Of a stretch of 64,000 nucleotides of DNA, positions 35,272-44,605 are shown piece after piece. The position numbers and the translations under genes are program-made. Origin of the DNA: Thermotogota bacterium (lineage in GTDB: Bacteria > Thermotogota > Thermotogae > Mesoaciditogales > Mesoaciditogaceae); assembly GCA_026988035.1 (NCBI GenBank), contig JALSLY010000069.1, positions 15,337 to 79,336 on the forward strand, read 5' to 3'. Below the pieces are notes generated by a model. That model worked only from the letters and a program-made list of their open reading frames with translations. It did not search any database and had not been told where the DNA came from. Position 1 is the stretch's first letter. The number at the start of each line of letters is the position of its first letter.

Positions 35272-37913
35272 ACTTGTATATATTCGATGGAACTGCTTTG
35301 GTTTATAGGGCATTTTACGCATTACCATCGATGACCACTTCTGACGGAAAACCGACAAATGCGGTTTTTGGACTCACGAAAATGCTTGTAAAATTCGTAC
35401 ACGAACATTTGAAGCCTGATGATTATGTGGTGTTCGTTTTAGATACAAAAGAAAAAACCTTTCGTCATACTCTTTTTGAAGATTACAAAGCTAACAGAGC
35501 TGGGGCACCAGATGATATGATAATTCAACTTCCTTACGTCGAAAAACTTGTAAAAGCTTTAGGAATATCAGTTGTGAAGCAAACAGGATTTGAAGCTGAT
35601 GACGTGATTGCAACTTTGGCGAAAAAATACTCTAAAGACTTTGAGTGGGTTTACGTTATCACAGGAGACAAGGATCTCTTACAACTTGTCGGGAAAAACA
35701 TTCGAGTCTTGAGATTTGCATCTATGGGGGTCACGGATTTAGTTGAGTATGACGAAAACAAAGTGGTCAAAAGATATGGTGTGATGCCTTCACAAATGGG
35801 AGACTTTCTTTCGCTTGTTGGCGATAGTTCTGACAATATTCCTGGGGTAAAGGGAATAGGAGAGAAAAGTGCGGTTAATCTTCTGAAGGAGTATGGCACT
35901 CTGGATGCCGTATACGAGCATCTTGACGAAATACAAACGAGGTACAAAAAACTCTTGAGCGCCGGGAAGGACAATGCCTTTCTTTCAAAGAAGTTGGTAG
36001 AGCTTTCTGATAACATTCATATATCAATTTCCTTTAAACCCTACAAAGGACCAAATAAGGCTGAACTGGCAAAGCTCTTTGATGAGCTTGAATTTTCAAA
36101 CCTCAAAAAAGAGTTTGGTCTATATGAGGATGCAAAAACAAGATCTTCTCGTTATTTTAGAATAAAGTCGCTTGAAGAATTGGACAAAGAGCTTGATAAA
36201 GTGGGAAAAAGTGGAAGAATGGCGTTTGATACAGAAACTACGTCGCTGAGTCCTGTTGATGCTAAACTTGTTGGCATTTCATTTTCATCTGGCGAGTGCA
36301 GTTATTACGTTCCTGTGGGCCATTCTCAAAGCTTAAATCTTCCACTTAAAGAAGTTATATTGAGGTTCAAAAAGTTACTTGAAGATGAACACATGAAAAT
36401 TATAGGTCAAAACATCAAATATGATATAGCTGTAATGAAGAAATATGGAGTCAACGTAAAACCATACTTTGATACGATGATAGCGGCTTATCTTCTGAAT
36501 CCCAATGGGCGTAGGTTTTCTCTGGATCAGCTTGCGATGAAATATCTTGGGTACAAAACCGTTTCTTATGGAGAAGTGACTGGGAAATCAGGAGATTTTT
36601 CCAGTGTGCCAGTTGATATCGCTGCAAGGTATTCTGCTGAAGACTCAGATGTGACATATAGATTGTATGAGACTCTTAACAAAAAGATGTACGAATCCGA
36701 TCTTACAGATGTCTTTTATAAAGTAGAGATGCCGCTTGTTGAAGTACTTGCTACCATGGAGCTAAATGGAGTTTATATTGATACTTCATATTTAAAAGAG
36801 ATATCAAACAGATATTCGAAAATACTTTCTAATATAGAAAAGAATATTTACGAGCTTGCTGGTGGTATGCCATTCAATATAAATTCACCCAAGCAGGTGT
36901 CCGATGTGCTTTTCAAGAGGCTTAATCTTAAACCACGCCATCGCACAAAAACACGTGCCTTTTCTACCAACGCAAGCGTACTCGAAGAGATGAAAGATGA
37001 ACATCCCATAATTCCTCTACTATTGGAGTATAGAAAGTATTTCAAGCTCAAATCCACATACTTAGATGCCATGCCCAAAATGGTTAATCCAAAAACCTCA
37101 AGAGTGCACAGTTCTTTTAATCAAACGGGGACATCTACCGGAAGACTTTCCAGCAGTGATCCCAATTTGCAAAATATTCCAGCTCGAAATGAAGAAGGAC
37201 GTGAGATAAGAAAAGCGATAAGAGCCCAAAAAGAAGGATGGGTGATAATGAGTTCAGACTATTCTCAAATTGAACTTCGCGTTTTAGCACATGTAAGTGA
37301 AGACCCCGCCCTTATTAAGGCTTTTGAAGAAGGAGTTGATATTCATACAGCCACAGCCGCGAGAGTGTATGGAGTAAGCGAGGATTCTGTAACAGATCAA
37401 ATGAGGCGAGTGGGAAAGATGGTCAACTTTGCTGTGACTTATGGTGTTAGTGCTTATGGACTTGCTAAGCGTCTTGGAATAGAAAGGGCTGACGCTGAAC
37501 GAGTGATCACGAATTATTTTCAAAGTTATCCAAAAGTCAGAGAATACCTCGAAAATACTGTCACATTCGCAAAAGAAAAGGGTTATGTAAAGACAATACT
37601 TGGCAGAAGAAGAGATGTGCTTTCCATTAGAAGTAATAATCACAACATTTCCGAAGAAGGAAAACGTATGGCGATCAATGCCCCCATCCAGGGCAGCGCG
37701 GCTGATATAATAAAGCTTGCCATGATAAAAGTTCATGAACTTTTGAAAAAATACAGAGCCATGATGATATTGCAAGTTCACGATGAATTGGTGTTTGAGT
37801 TGCCAATTGAGGAAATCGAAGAAGTAAAAAAACTTGTCAAGAATTCGATGGAAGGTATAATAAAATTGAAAGTTCCCCTTGTGGTAGATGTAGAAGTTGG
37901 CTCTACTTGGTGA
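35268..37913 (+). CDS. polA: DNA polymerase I (5'-3' exonuclease, 3'-5' exonuclease-like and polymerase domains)
   Basis: 881 aa. The 5' nuclease block is DGTALVYRAFYA...GFEADDVIATLA...GDKDLLQL...DNIPGVKGIGEK. The Pol A motifs are DYSQIELRVLAH (A), RR..K..NF...YG (B) and QVHDELVFE (C). TTG start after GGAGGTGGTGAG. Confidence 0.95.
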   Translation: MNLYIFDGTALVYRAFYALPSMTTSDGKPTNAVFGLTKMLVKFVHEHLKPDDYVVFVLDTKEKTFRHTLFEDYKANRAGAPDDMIIQLPYVEKLVKALGISVVKQTGFEADDVIATLAKKYSKDFEWVYVITGDKDLLQLVGKNIRVLRFASMGVTDLVEYDENKVVKRYGVMPSQMGDFLSLVGDSSDNIPGVKGIGEKSAVNLLKEYGTLDAVYEHLDEIQTRYKKLLSAGKDNAFLSKKLVELSDNIHISISFKPYKGPNKAELAKLFDELEFSNLKKEFGLYEDAKTRSSRYFRIKSLEELDKELDKVGKSGRMAFDTETTSLSPVDAKLVGISFSSGECSYYVPVGHSQSLNLPLKEVILRFKKLLEDEHMKIIGQNIKYDIAVMKKYGVNVKPYFDTMIAAYLLNPNGRRFSLDQLAMKYLGYKTVSYGEVTGKSGDFSSVPVDIAARYSAEDSDVTYRLYETLNKKMYESDLTDVFYKVEMPLVEVLATMELNGVYIDTSYLKEISNRYSKILSNIEKNIYELAGGMPFNINSPKQVSDVLFKRLNLKPRHRTKTRAFSTNASVLEEMKDEHPIIPLLLEYRKYFKLKSTYLDAMPKMVNPKTSRVHSSFNQTGTSTGRLSSSDPNLQNIPARNEEGREIRKAIRAQKEGWVIMSSDYSQIELRVLAHVSEDPALIKAFEEGVDIHTATAARVYGVSEDSVTDQMRRVGKMVNFAVTYGVSAYGLAKRLGIERADAERVITNYFQSYPKVREYLENTVTFAKEKGYVKTILGRRRDVLSIRSNNHNISEEGKRMAINAPIQGSAADIIKLAMIKVHELLKKYRAMMILQVHDELVFELPIEEIEEVKKLVKNSMEGIIKLKVPLVVDVEVGSTW

Positions 37914-37917
37914 AGGA

Positions 37918-38433
37918 ATGATGAATTTGTATAAGAAGATTCTCATAGCTGTTGATGGTTCAGAAATGTCCGAAAATGTCTTCAATAAAGGAATGGAGCT
38001 TGCGAAGCTTCTCAATGCTAAAACATGTGTTACGGCAGTAGTTGATACAACAACTACTTACAACTTTCCCACCAGTATGGAAGAAACAGGGACCATATTT
38101 GTGGGAACAGAGATGGAATTAATGAAAGCTCAGGAAAAAATGCTGAGGGATTTTATTAAAAGGATGTTGAAGGAGCACTACGAACCAGAAATTGAGATAC
38201 GTTATGGTATACCGCATAAAGAAATATATGCGTGTGCTGAGGAGTGGGAGGCGGATCTCTTGATAATTGGAAGTCATGGAAAAGGAGGCTGGATATCAGA
38301 TTTGCTCTTTGGCTCGACTGCTGAAAAACTCTTGAAGATGTCAAAATGTGATGTCATGATCGTTAAATCAAGAAAAGCCAAGAGTGTTGATGAAACCCAC
38401 TCCTCCAGCGTCCAGGGAGGTTCAAAATCGTGA
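37918..38433 (+). CDS. universal stress protein (UspA family)
   Basis: YKKILIAVDGSE ... DLLIIGSHGKGG......GSTAEK.L....CDV.IV. The ATG at 37918 lies just after the polA stop. Confidence 0.85.
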   Translation: MMNLYKKILIAVDGSEMSENVFNKGMELAKLLNAKTCVTAVVDTTTTYNFPTSMEETGTIFVGTEMELMKAQEKMLRDFIKRMLKEHYEPEIEIRYGIPHKEIYACAEEWEADLLIIGSHGKGGWISDLLFGSTAEKLLKMSKCDVMIVKSRKAKSVDETHSSSVQGGSKS

Positions 38434-39749
38434 AAGTTTTCTTCAAAACCTATGGATGCCAAATGAACATTCGTGACTCTGAGATCATGGAAGAACTTCT
38501 CGTAAGGTCCGGACACGAAATTGTTAGGAATTTGTCAAGCGCGGATGTGGTTGTGATAAACACCTGTGCTGTGCGAGGTAAGTCTGAGAACAAAGCTTAC
38601 AGCCTTATAGGAAGGCTAAAAAAACGTGGATTAAGAGTTGGAGTAACAGGATGCGTGGCTGAAATTGCATTAAAGGATCTGAAAAGGCGTGGAGCAGACT
38701 TTGTTTTAGGTACTCGCGCTTTGACGTCAATAGTCGATGCAATTGAAGGCAAAGTGGATTTTGATATGTCTGATCATCTTTCAGATATAAAAGAAATAGT
38801 TACTGCATCAAATATATCTGGTACATATGAATCGGTCACGATGAGAACATCTAAGCGTCATGCTTGGGTTAATATCATAGCAGGTTGCAATAAATTTTGT
38901 ACTTATTGTGTTGTTCCATATACCAGGGGCAGAGAAGTTTCAAGACCGATGGCCAATGTGATTGAAGAAGTGAAGCTACTCGCAGATTCAGGATACAATC
39001 AAGTAACTTTTTTGGGCCAAAATGTTGATTCTTACGGAAAGGATCTGAAAGACGAAACTTCTTTGGCAGAACTGCTTCGTCGCGTTTATAAATTCGAAAA
39101 TATAGAAAGATTCTGGTTTTTAACATCGTATCCTTCAGACATAACGGATGAACTCATAGAAGTAGTCGCTGAGCGACCACGAATATCGCGTAACTTTCAT
39201 CTTCCCGCTCAGTCTGGAAGCAACACCATTTTGAATCGCATGAATAGACAATACACACGTGAAGAGTACATAGAGTTGATTCGCAAAATAAGATCTAAAG
39301 TAGAAGGAGCAACAATAGGCGGGGATATTATAGTAGGTTTTCCCGGGGAAAGCGATGAGGATTTCGAACAAACTCTTTCATTGGTGAAAGAAGTCAAATA
39401 CGTACGGCTCAACATTGCTCCATACTCTCCAAGACAAAGAACTGTAGCGTCGAGGCTTTATTCTGATGATGTTCCAACCGCTGTGAAGAAAAAGAGAATG
39501 GCAACATTGTCCAAAGTCCAGCACGCAATTCTGCTGGAGATGAATGAAAAGCTCATTGGAAAAAGTGTGAACATAATTGTTGAAGGGAAAAAGGATGGAA
39601 AATCTTACGGTCGGACCATTGATAATAGGATGGTCTTCTTCGAAGGAGATGTTCCAGAAGGAGAAAATGTTAAAGTTAAAATTCAACATGCCACTGCCGG
39701 ACCAATTTACGGTGAATTGCTCGGGAGGGTGTTGAAATTTGTCAAATGA
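38430..39749 (+). CDS. miaB: tRNA-i6A37 methylthiotransferase (radical SAM MTTase, MiaB family)
   Basis: It has a UPF0004 N-domain (TYGCQMN..DSE, INTCAVR), a radical SAM CxxxCxxC (CNKFCTYCVVPYTRGRE) and a C-terminal TRAM domain. GTG start after CAGGGAGG. Confidence 0.85.
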   Translation: MKVFFKTYGCQMNIRDSEIMEELLVRSGHEIVRNLSSADVVVINTCAVRGKSENKAYSLIGRLKKRGLRVGVTGCVAEIALKDLKRRGADFVLGTRALTSIVDAIEGKVDFDMSDHLSDIKEIVTASNISGTYESVTMRTSKRHAWVNIIAGCNKFCTYCVVPYTRGREVSRPMANVIEEVKLLADSGYNQVTFLGQNVDSYGKDLKDETSLAELLRRVYKFENIERFWFLTSYPSDITDELIEVVAERPRISRNFHLPAQSGSNTILNRMNRQYTREEYIELIRKIRSKVEGATIGGDIIVGFPGESDEDFEQTLSLVKEVKYVRLNIAPYSPRQRTVASRLYSDDVPTAVKKKRMATLSKVQHAILLEMNEKLIGKSVNIIVEGKKDGKSYGRTIDNRMVFFEGDVPEGENVKVKIQHATAGPIYGELLGRVLKFVK

Positions 39750-39750
39750 T

Positions 39751-42153
39751 ATGACTCCGATGATGATCCAATATTCAAAGCTTAAGGCACAGTATAAAGA
39801 TTGTGTGCTTCTCTTTCGAGTCGGAGACTTCTATGAAGCCTTTAATGAAGATGCCAAGTATATCTCCAAGGCTCTTAGTCTTGTTTTAACTCACCGTGGT
39901 GATAACCCAATGGCAGGAATTCCACACCATGCTTTAGATGTATACTTGAAGAAATTGGTGGAACAAGGGAACAAAGTTGCGATATGCGATCAACTTGAAG
40001 ATCCAAAATTCGCTCGTGGACTTGTAAAAAGGGACGTAACGCGTGTGGTAACACCAGGAACTTTGATCACGGATAACGTTTTGACGTCTGAAAACAATTA
40101 CATCGCAGCTGTTTACAAGAATGTCGTTGCCATGGTTGACATATCTACGGGAGATTTCATCGTTGAACCTTCTCTTGATGCAATTGAAAGATATACGCCC
40201 AAACACATCATCTACACCGGAGACTCATCTTTAGCCTACGTTGAAGGGGCTTTCAAAGAAAAAGTGGAAGATTGGTATTTTGATCCAAAAAATTCAGCCC
40301 AAACTCTCAAGACTCACTTTGGGATCACAGACGTATCCTTCTTAGAATTGTCTCGTGAAGAGATAGTGGCGTGTGCAGCTGTATTAAAATATTTACAGAT
40401 AACACAAAAGAGAGTTCTTGGAAATTTACGAACTCCTGTGAAGTTCAGAAATGAATCGAGAATGTTTCTCGATTCTGACACGCTTTCCAACTTGGATATA
40501 ATTAATTCCAGGAGTGGTGATTCGCTTTATTCTCACATAAACAAAACAGTTACTCGCATGGGAAGAAGAATGCTTAGAAGAGAGATCGTGACTCCACTTC
40601 GAAGAGCTGTTGAGATAAAACGTAGGCATGATCTTGTGGAAGCACTTGTTCATCGTCAAAGGGAATTAGACTCACTAAGAGGGATACTCTCGGGTATTCA
40701 CGATGTCGAGCGCATAATCGCCCGTGTTGCATATCCGGCCGCCACGCCATCAGATATAGTTGCGCTGCGCGAGAGTCTTTCAAGGTTTGAAATGGTAAAT
40801 GGTTGGATCGAATCAACAGGTATCTTCAATGATATGTATCTTGAAGAAGTCTCTGATTTGAGGAATCTTTTGGAACGTGCTGTTATGTCCGACCCAACTG
40901 GTGAAGTTGGAAACGGGAAAGTTATTGCAAAAGGATTTTCTCAAGAATTAGATGAGGCTCGTTCGATGATCTCAGATGTTGATGAATACATTAGAAGGTA
41001 TCAAGAAGAAATACGTGCGAAACTCGGAACAAAAGTGAAGGTTGGATACAGCAATGTCTTTGGATATTATATTGAAATTTCAAAAGCTTATAAAGGTAAA
41101 GTACCACCAGAATACACAAGAAAGCAAACGTTAGTGAATTCAGAAAGATACATAACGCCAGAACTTTCAGAAATAGAGGAAAAAGTCCTTCATGCCAGCG
41201 AGCAGGTTAAGTTTTTAGAAACAAAGATATTCGATGATATCTGTAAGAGCATTATGAGCGAGAAAGAAAAATTGCTTAAAAATGCCTATAAGATTGCTTT
41301 CATCGATATGTTATCAACTTTTGCGCGTTTGGCAATAGATGAAGACTATGTTCGACCAGTTTTTAAAAATTTCGTGAGGCTTATCAGAAGTCGTCACCCA
41401 ATAGTGGAAAAACGCGTTTCAGAATTTATTCCAAACGATATCGAGATGAACGATCACAAGCGTTTTGTGATTCTAACTGGCCCGAACATGTCTGGAAAAT
41501 CGACATTCATACGTCAAATAGCACTCATTTCAATAATGGCTCAAATAGGTTCTTTCGTACCCGCAAAAGAAGCAACTCTCAAGATATTTGATCGCATCTT
41601 CACACGTATTGGAGCACGTGATGATCTTTCATCCAACAGAAGTACGTTCTTGGTAGAGATGTCAGAAGTTGCGACTATCTTACACTCTGCGACAAAAGAT
41701 TCTCTGATAATCTTAGATGAAGTGGGAAGAGGAACAAGCACATTTGATGGATTGAGTATCGCTTGGGCAGTTTCTGAGCATATTTCTCAGAATTTGAAAG
41801 CTTTTACAATTTTTGCAACCCATTACAACGAATTGTCGGAGCTTGAGAAACTCTATTCAGGTATAATCAATCTTACGATAAAAGTTGTGGAAAGCAACGA
41901 TAAGGTGCTCTTTTTACACAAGGTTATTCCTGGAAGCGCGGACAAGAGCTATGGTATAGAAGTAGCTCGAATAGCGGGAGTACCACAAGAGGTGGTGAAA
42001 AGAGCATATCAGGTTGCGGATGCTCTCATTTCCACCAGTCAAATAAAAAAAGGCGTTCGCTTTCTCACATCTGGAGAAGTGGAAGCAATTAAGCGTAAAC
42101 TCAAAAAATTTGGAAAAGATCAGATGACTTTTTTCCAAGAGAAAAAGGGGTGA
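39751..42153 (+). CDS. mutS: DNA mismatch repair protein MutS
   Basis: TPMMIQY...LLFRVGDFYE.F..DA (mismatch-binding domain), Walker A TGPNMSGKST, DE.GRGTST.DG and FATHY.EL are present. The ATG at 39751 lies directly after the miaB stop. Confidence 0.95.
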   Translation: MTPMMIQYSKLKAQYKDCVLLFRVGDFYEAFNEDAKYISKALSLVLTHRGDNPMAGIPHHALDVYLKKLVEQGNKVAICDQLEDPKFARGLVKRDVTRVVTPGTLITDNVLTSENNYIAAVYKNVVAMVDISTGDFIVEPSLDAIERYTPKHIIYTGDSSLAYVEGAFKEKVEDWYFDPKNSAQTLKTHFGITDVSFLELSREEIVACAAVLKYLQITQKRVLGNLRTPVKFRNESRMFLDSDTLSNLDIINSRSGDSLYSHINKTVTRMGRRMLRREIVTPLRRAVEIKRRHDLVEALVHRQRELDSLRGILSGIHDVERIIARVAYPAATPSDIVALRESLSRFEMVNGWIESTGIFNDMYLEEVSDLRNLLERAVMSDPTGEVGNGKVIAKGFSQELDEARSMISDVDEYIRRYQEEIRAKLGTKVKVGYSNVFGYYIEISKAYKGKVPPEYTRKQTLVNSERYITPELSEIEEKVLHASEQVKFLETKIFDDICKSIMSEKEKLLKNAYKIAFIDMLSTFARLAIDEDYVRPVFKNFVRLIRSRHPIVEKRVSEFIPNDIEMNDHKRFVILTGPNMSGKSTFIRQIALISIMAQIGSFVPAKEATLKIFDRIFTRIGARDDLSSNRSTFLVEMSEVATILHSATKDSLIILDEVGRGTSTFDGLSIAWAVSEHISQNLKAFTIFATHYNELSELEKLYSGIINLTIKVVESNDKVLFLHKVIPGSADKSYGIEVARIAGVPQEVVKRAYQVADALISTSQIKKGVRFLTSGEVEAIKRKLKKFGKDQMTFFQEKKG

Positions 42154-42159
42154 AGAAAC

Positions 42160-43119
42160 TTGAAAAAAATAGCAGTTATGACAAGCGGAGGCGACGCTCC
42201 GGGAATGAACGCTGCCATAAGGGCTGTTGTCAGATATGCAGTGTCTAAAGGTGTAGAAGTGTATGGAATAATGAGAGGATACACCGGGCTTATCGAAAAT
42301 GATTTCGTACAGTTAAAATTTTCAGATGTTGGCGGAATTATGGAGCGTGGTGGGACTATTCTGAGAACTGCGAGGTGCGAAGAATTCAAGGTTGATCGTG
42401 GAAGGAAAGATGCCTATAAAATTTTGAAAGAACATCAAATAGACGGGCTTGTAGTCATAGGTGGAGATGGGAGTTTAACAGGTGCCACTTTGATTGCCAA
42501 TGAAAGTGATGTTAAGGTAGTTGGTGTTCCCGCAAGCATCGATAATGACATTCATGGCACTGACATGTGTATAGGTGTTGATACTTGCTTAAATACTGTG
42601 GTTGAAAACATACAAAAACTCAAAGATACCGCTTCTTCACATGAAAGAGCATTTATTGTGGAGACGATGGGGAGAAATTGTGGCTACATTGCACTTGTTT
42701 CAGGCATAACCACCGGAGCAGAAGCAATCGTAATACCCGAGGTAAAGGTAGATTTTCAGGCTTTGGCTGATAAGTTATTAGCTGGCAAAAAGAGAGGGAA
42801 GATAAACAGCATAGTTGTTGTTGCAGAAGGTGCTGCAAGTGCTTATACGGTTGCAAGGCATCTTGAAAATCGTACTGGTTATGAAACTCGTGTCACCATT
42901 CTTGGGCACATTCAACGTGGAGGATCCCCAAGTGCTTTTGATAGACTTTTGGCATGTCGATTGGGCTCCAGCGCAACTGAGGCTCTCCTTAACGGTCAAA
43001 ACGGCGTCATGATGGGTCTCCAATCTGATGGAATCGTATCTGTTGATCTAAGTGAAGCTCTTCAGACAAAAAAAGAACTCGATCTTGAATTGTACAAACT
43101 TGCCAACATACTTTCATGA
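42160..43119 (+). CDS. pfkA: ATP-dependent 6-phosphofructokinase
   Basis: [48 protein letters not shown] and LGH.QRGG are present; the protein is 319 aa. TTG start after AAGGGGTGAAG. Confidence 0.95.
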   Translation: MKKIAVMTSGGDAPGMNAAIRAVVRYAVSKGVEVYGIMRGYTGLIENDFVQLKFSDVGGIMERGGTILRTARCEEFKVDRGRKDAYKILKEHQIDGLVVIGGDGSLTGATLIANESDVKVVGVPASIDNDIHGTDMCIGVDTCLNTVVENIQKLKDTASSHERAFIVETMGRNCGYIALVSGITTGAEAIVIPEVKVDFQALADKLLAGKKRGKINSIVVVAEGAASAYTVARHLENRTGYETRVTILGHIQRGGSPSAFDRLLACRLGSSATEALLNGQNGVMMGLQSDGIVSVDLSEALQTKKELDLELYKLANILS

Positions 43120-43129
43120 GGCGAAAGAT

Positions 43130-44560
43130 ATGAGAGAAAGAAAAACTAAGATAGTTTGCACTTTAGGACCAGCTACTACTGAAAGACATATGTTAGAGGC
43201 TCTCGTAAGGGCAGGTATGAACGTTGCTCGGTTGAACATGTCTCACGGTACTCATGAGGAAAAAGCTGCTATTATAGAAGAGCTTCGTGAGATAAGAAAA
43301 AGGCTTGGTATTCCTCTTGCCATAATGATCGATGTCGAAGGCCCAAAGATAAGAACTGGTAGATTAAAACACGAACATATTGTAATAAAGAAAGGATCTG
43401 TTCTCACGTTAACAACTGAAGAAATACTTGGGGACGAAAACAAAATATCCATTGACTATCCAGGATTACCAAACGATGTTAAATCGGGTGACAAAATTTT
43501 AATGAACGACGGCTTAATTGCATTAAGAGTGATATCTTCCACCAATAAAGATATAAAGTGTGAGGTCTTAAACACTGGAACTATAACGCATCACAGAGGA
43601 TTAAATCTTCCGGGAGTTGATCTAAAAATACCACCTTTTACTCCCAAAGACATGAAAGATCTCAAATTTGCTGCGGAGGTTAAACCCGAATACGTTGCAC
43701 AATCATTTGTTAGAAAAGCTGATGATGTTTTTAGAGCGCGTGAAATTCTGAAAAAGAATGGTATGGAAGATGTCAAAATAATTTCCAAAATCGAAACAAA
43801 GCAGGCCTTGGAAAATCTCTCAAAAATTTTGGATGCGTCAGACGGTGCCATGGTTGCGCGCGGAGATCTGGGAGTTGAAACTGATCCTGAAGATCTTCCA
43901 GTTGCTCAGAAAAGAATAATAAGCATGTGCAACCAACGTGCCATCCCGGTTATAACCGCTACACAAATGTTGGAATCTATGGTTAACAACCCACGTCCTA
44001 CTCGTGCTGAGATTACCGATGTAGCAAATGCGGTGCTGGATGGAACGGATGCTGTGATGCTCTCGGAAGAAACAGCTGTCGGGAATTATCCAATTGAGGC
44101 TGTAGAATTTATGGACAGAATCGCGAGAAAAGCCGAGAAATATATGGATATTTCTGAAAAAATGCGCATTTTTAGCGCAAAAAAATGTAAGGATGTAAGT
44201 GATGCGATTTCTCTATCTGCATGGCAGTTAAGTGTTGAACTGAAAAGTGAGGTAATAGTTGCTTCGACAAGTTCCGGATTGACCGCAAGGCACGTGTCAC
44301 GCTTCAGGCCTTCGGCGATGATCCTTTCTCCCACTCCAAGTAAATCAACTTACCACGCTCTTGCACTTGTATGGGGTGTGTTGCCAGTTATCGTGGATAA
44401 AGTTGAATCAACAGATGAGATGATAAATTTAGCTACTGAAAAGTTGCTCGCATTTGGTCTTGCAAACCCAGGAGATAAATTTGTGCTTACAGCCGGAATT
44501 CCATGGGGAATTTCTGGTACTACCAACATGATAAAAGTTCAAGAAGTTCCGAAAGTTTGA
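43130..44560 (+). CDS. pyk: pyruvate kinase
   Basis: The ATG at 43130 gives MRERKTKIVCTLGP. ARLNMSHG, KIISKIE, MVARGDLGVE, TQMLESM and ANAVLDGTDAVMLS.ETA.G.YP are present. The track ORF start at 43052 lies inside pfkA. Confidence 0.95.
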   Translation: MRERKTKIVCTLGPATTERHMLEALVRAGMNVARLNMSHGTHEEKAAIIEELREIRKRLGIPLAIMIDVEGPKIRTGRLKHEHIVIKKGSVLTLTTEEILGDENKISIDYPGLPNDVKSGDKILMNDGLIALRVISSTNKDIKCEVLNTGTITHHRGLNLPGVDLKIPPFTPKDMKDLKFAAEVKPEYVAQSFVRKADDVFRAREILKKNGMEDVKIISKIETKQALENLSKILDASDGAMVARGDLGVETDPEDLPVAQKRIISMCNQRAIPVITATQMLESMVNNPRPTRAEITDVANAVLDGTDAVMLSEETAVGNYPIEAVEFMDRIARKAEKYMDISEKMRIFSAKKCKDVSDAISLSAWQLSVELKSEVIVASTSSGLTARHVSRFRPSAMILSPTPSKSTYHALALVWGVLPVIVDKVESTDEMINLATEKLLAFGLANPGDKFVLTAGIPWGISGTTNMIKVQEVPKV

Positions 44561-44605
44561 TTTTTTGCAATATGCGTAAATTTAATTCTTGGGGGTGATG
44601 ATTTT

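Noticed and set aside
37284-38015. A 243-aa minus-strand ORF antisense to the 3' end of polA and to usp.
   Set aside because: It fully overlaps two well-supported plus-strand genes and has a low-complexity, Phe/Ile/Ser-rich composition typical of antisense frames in AT-rich DNA.
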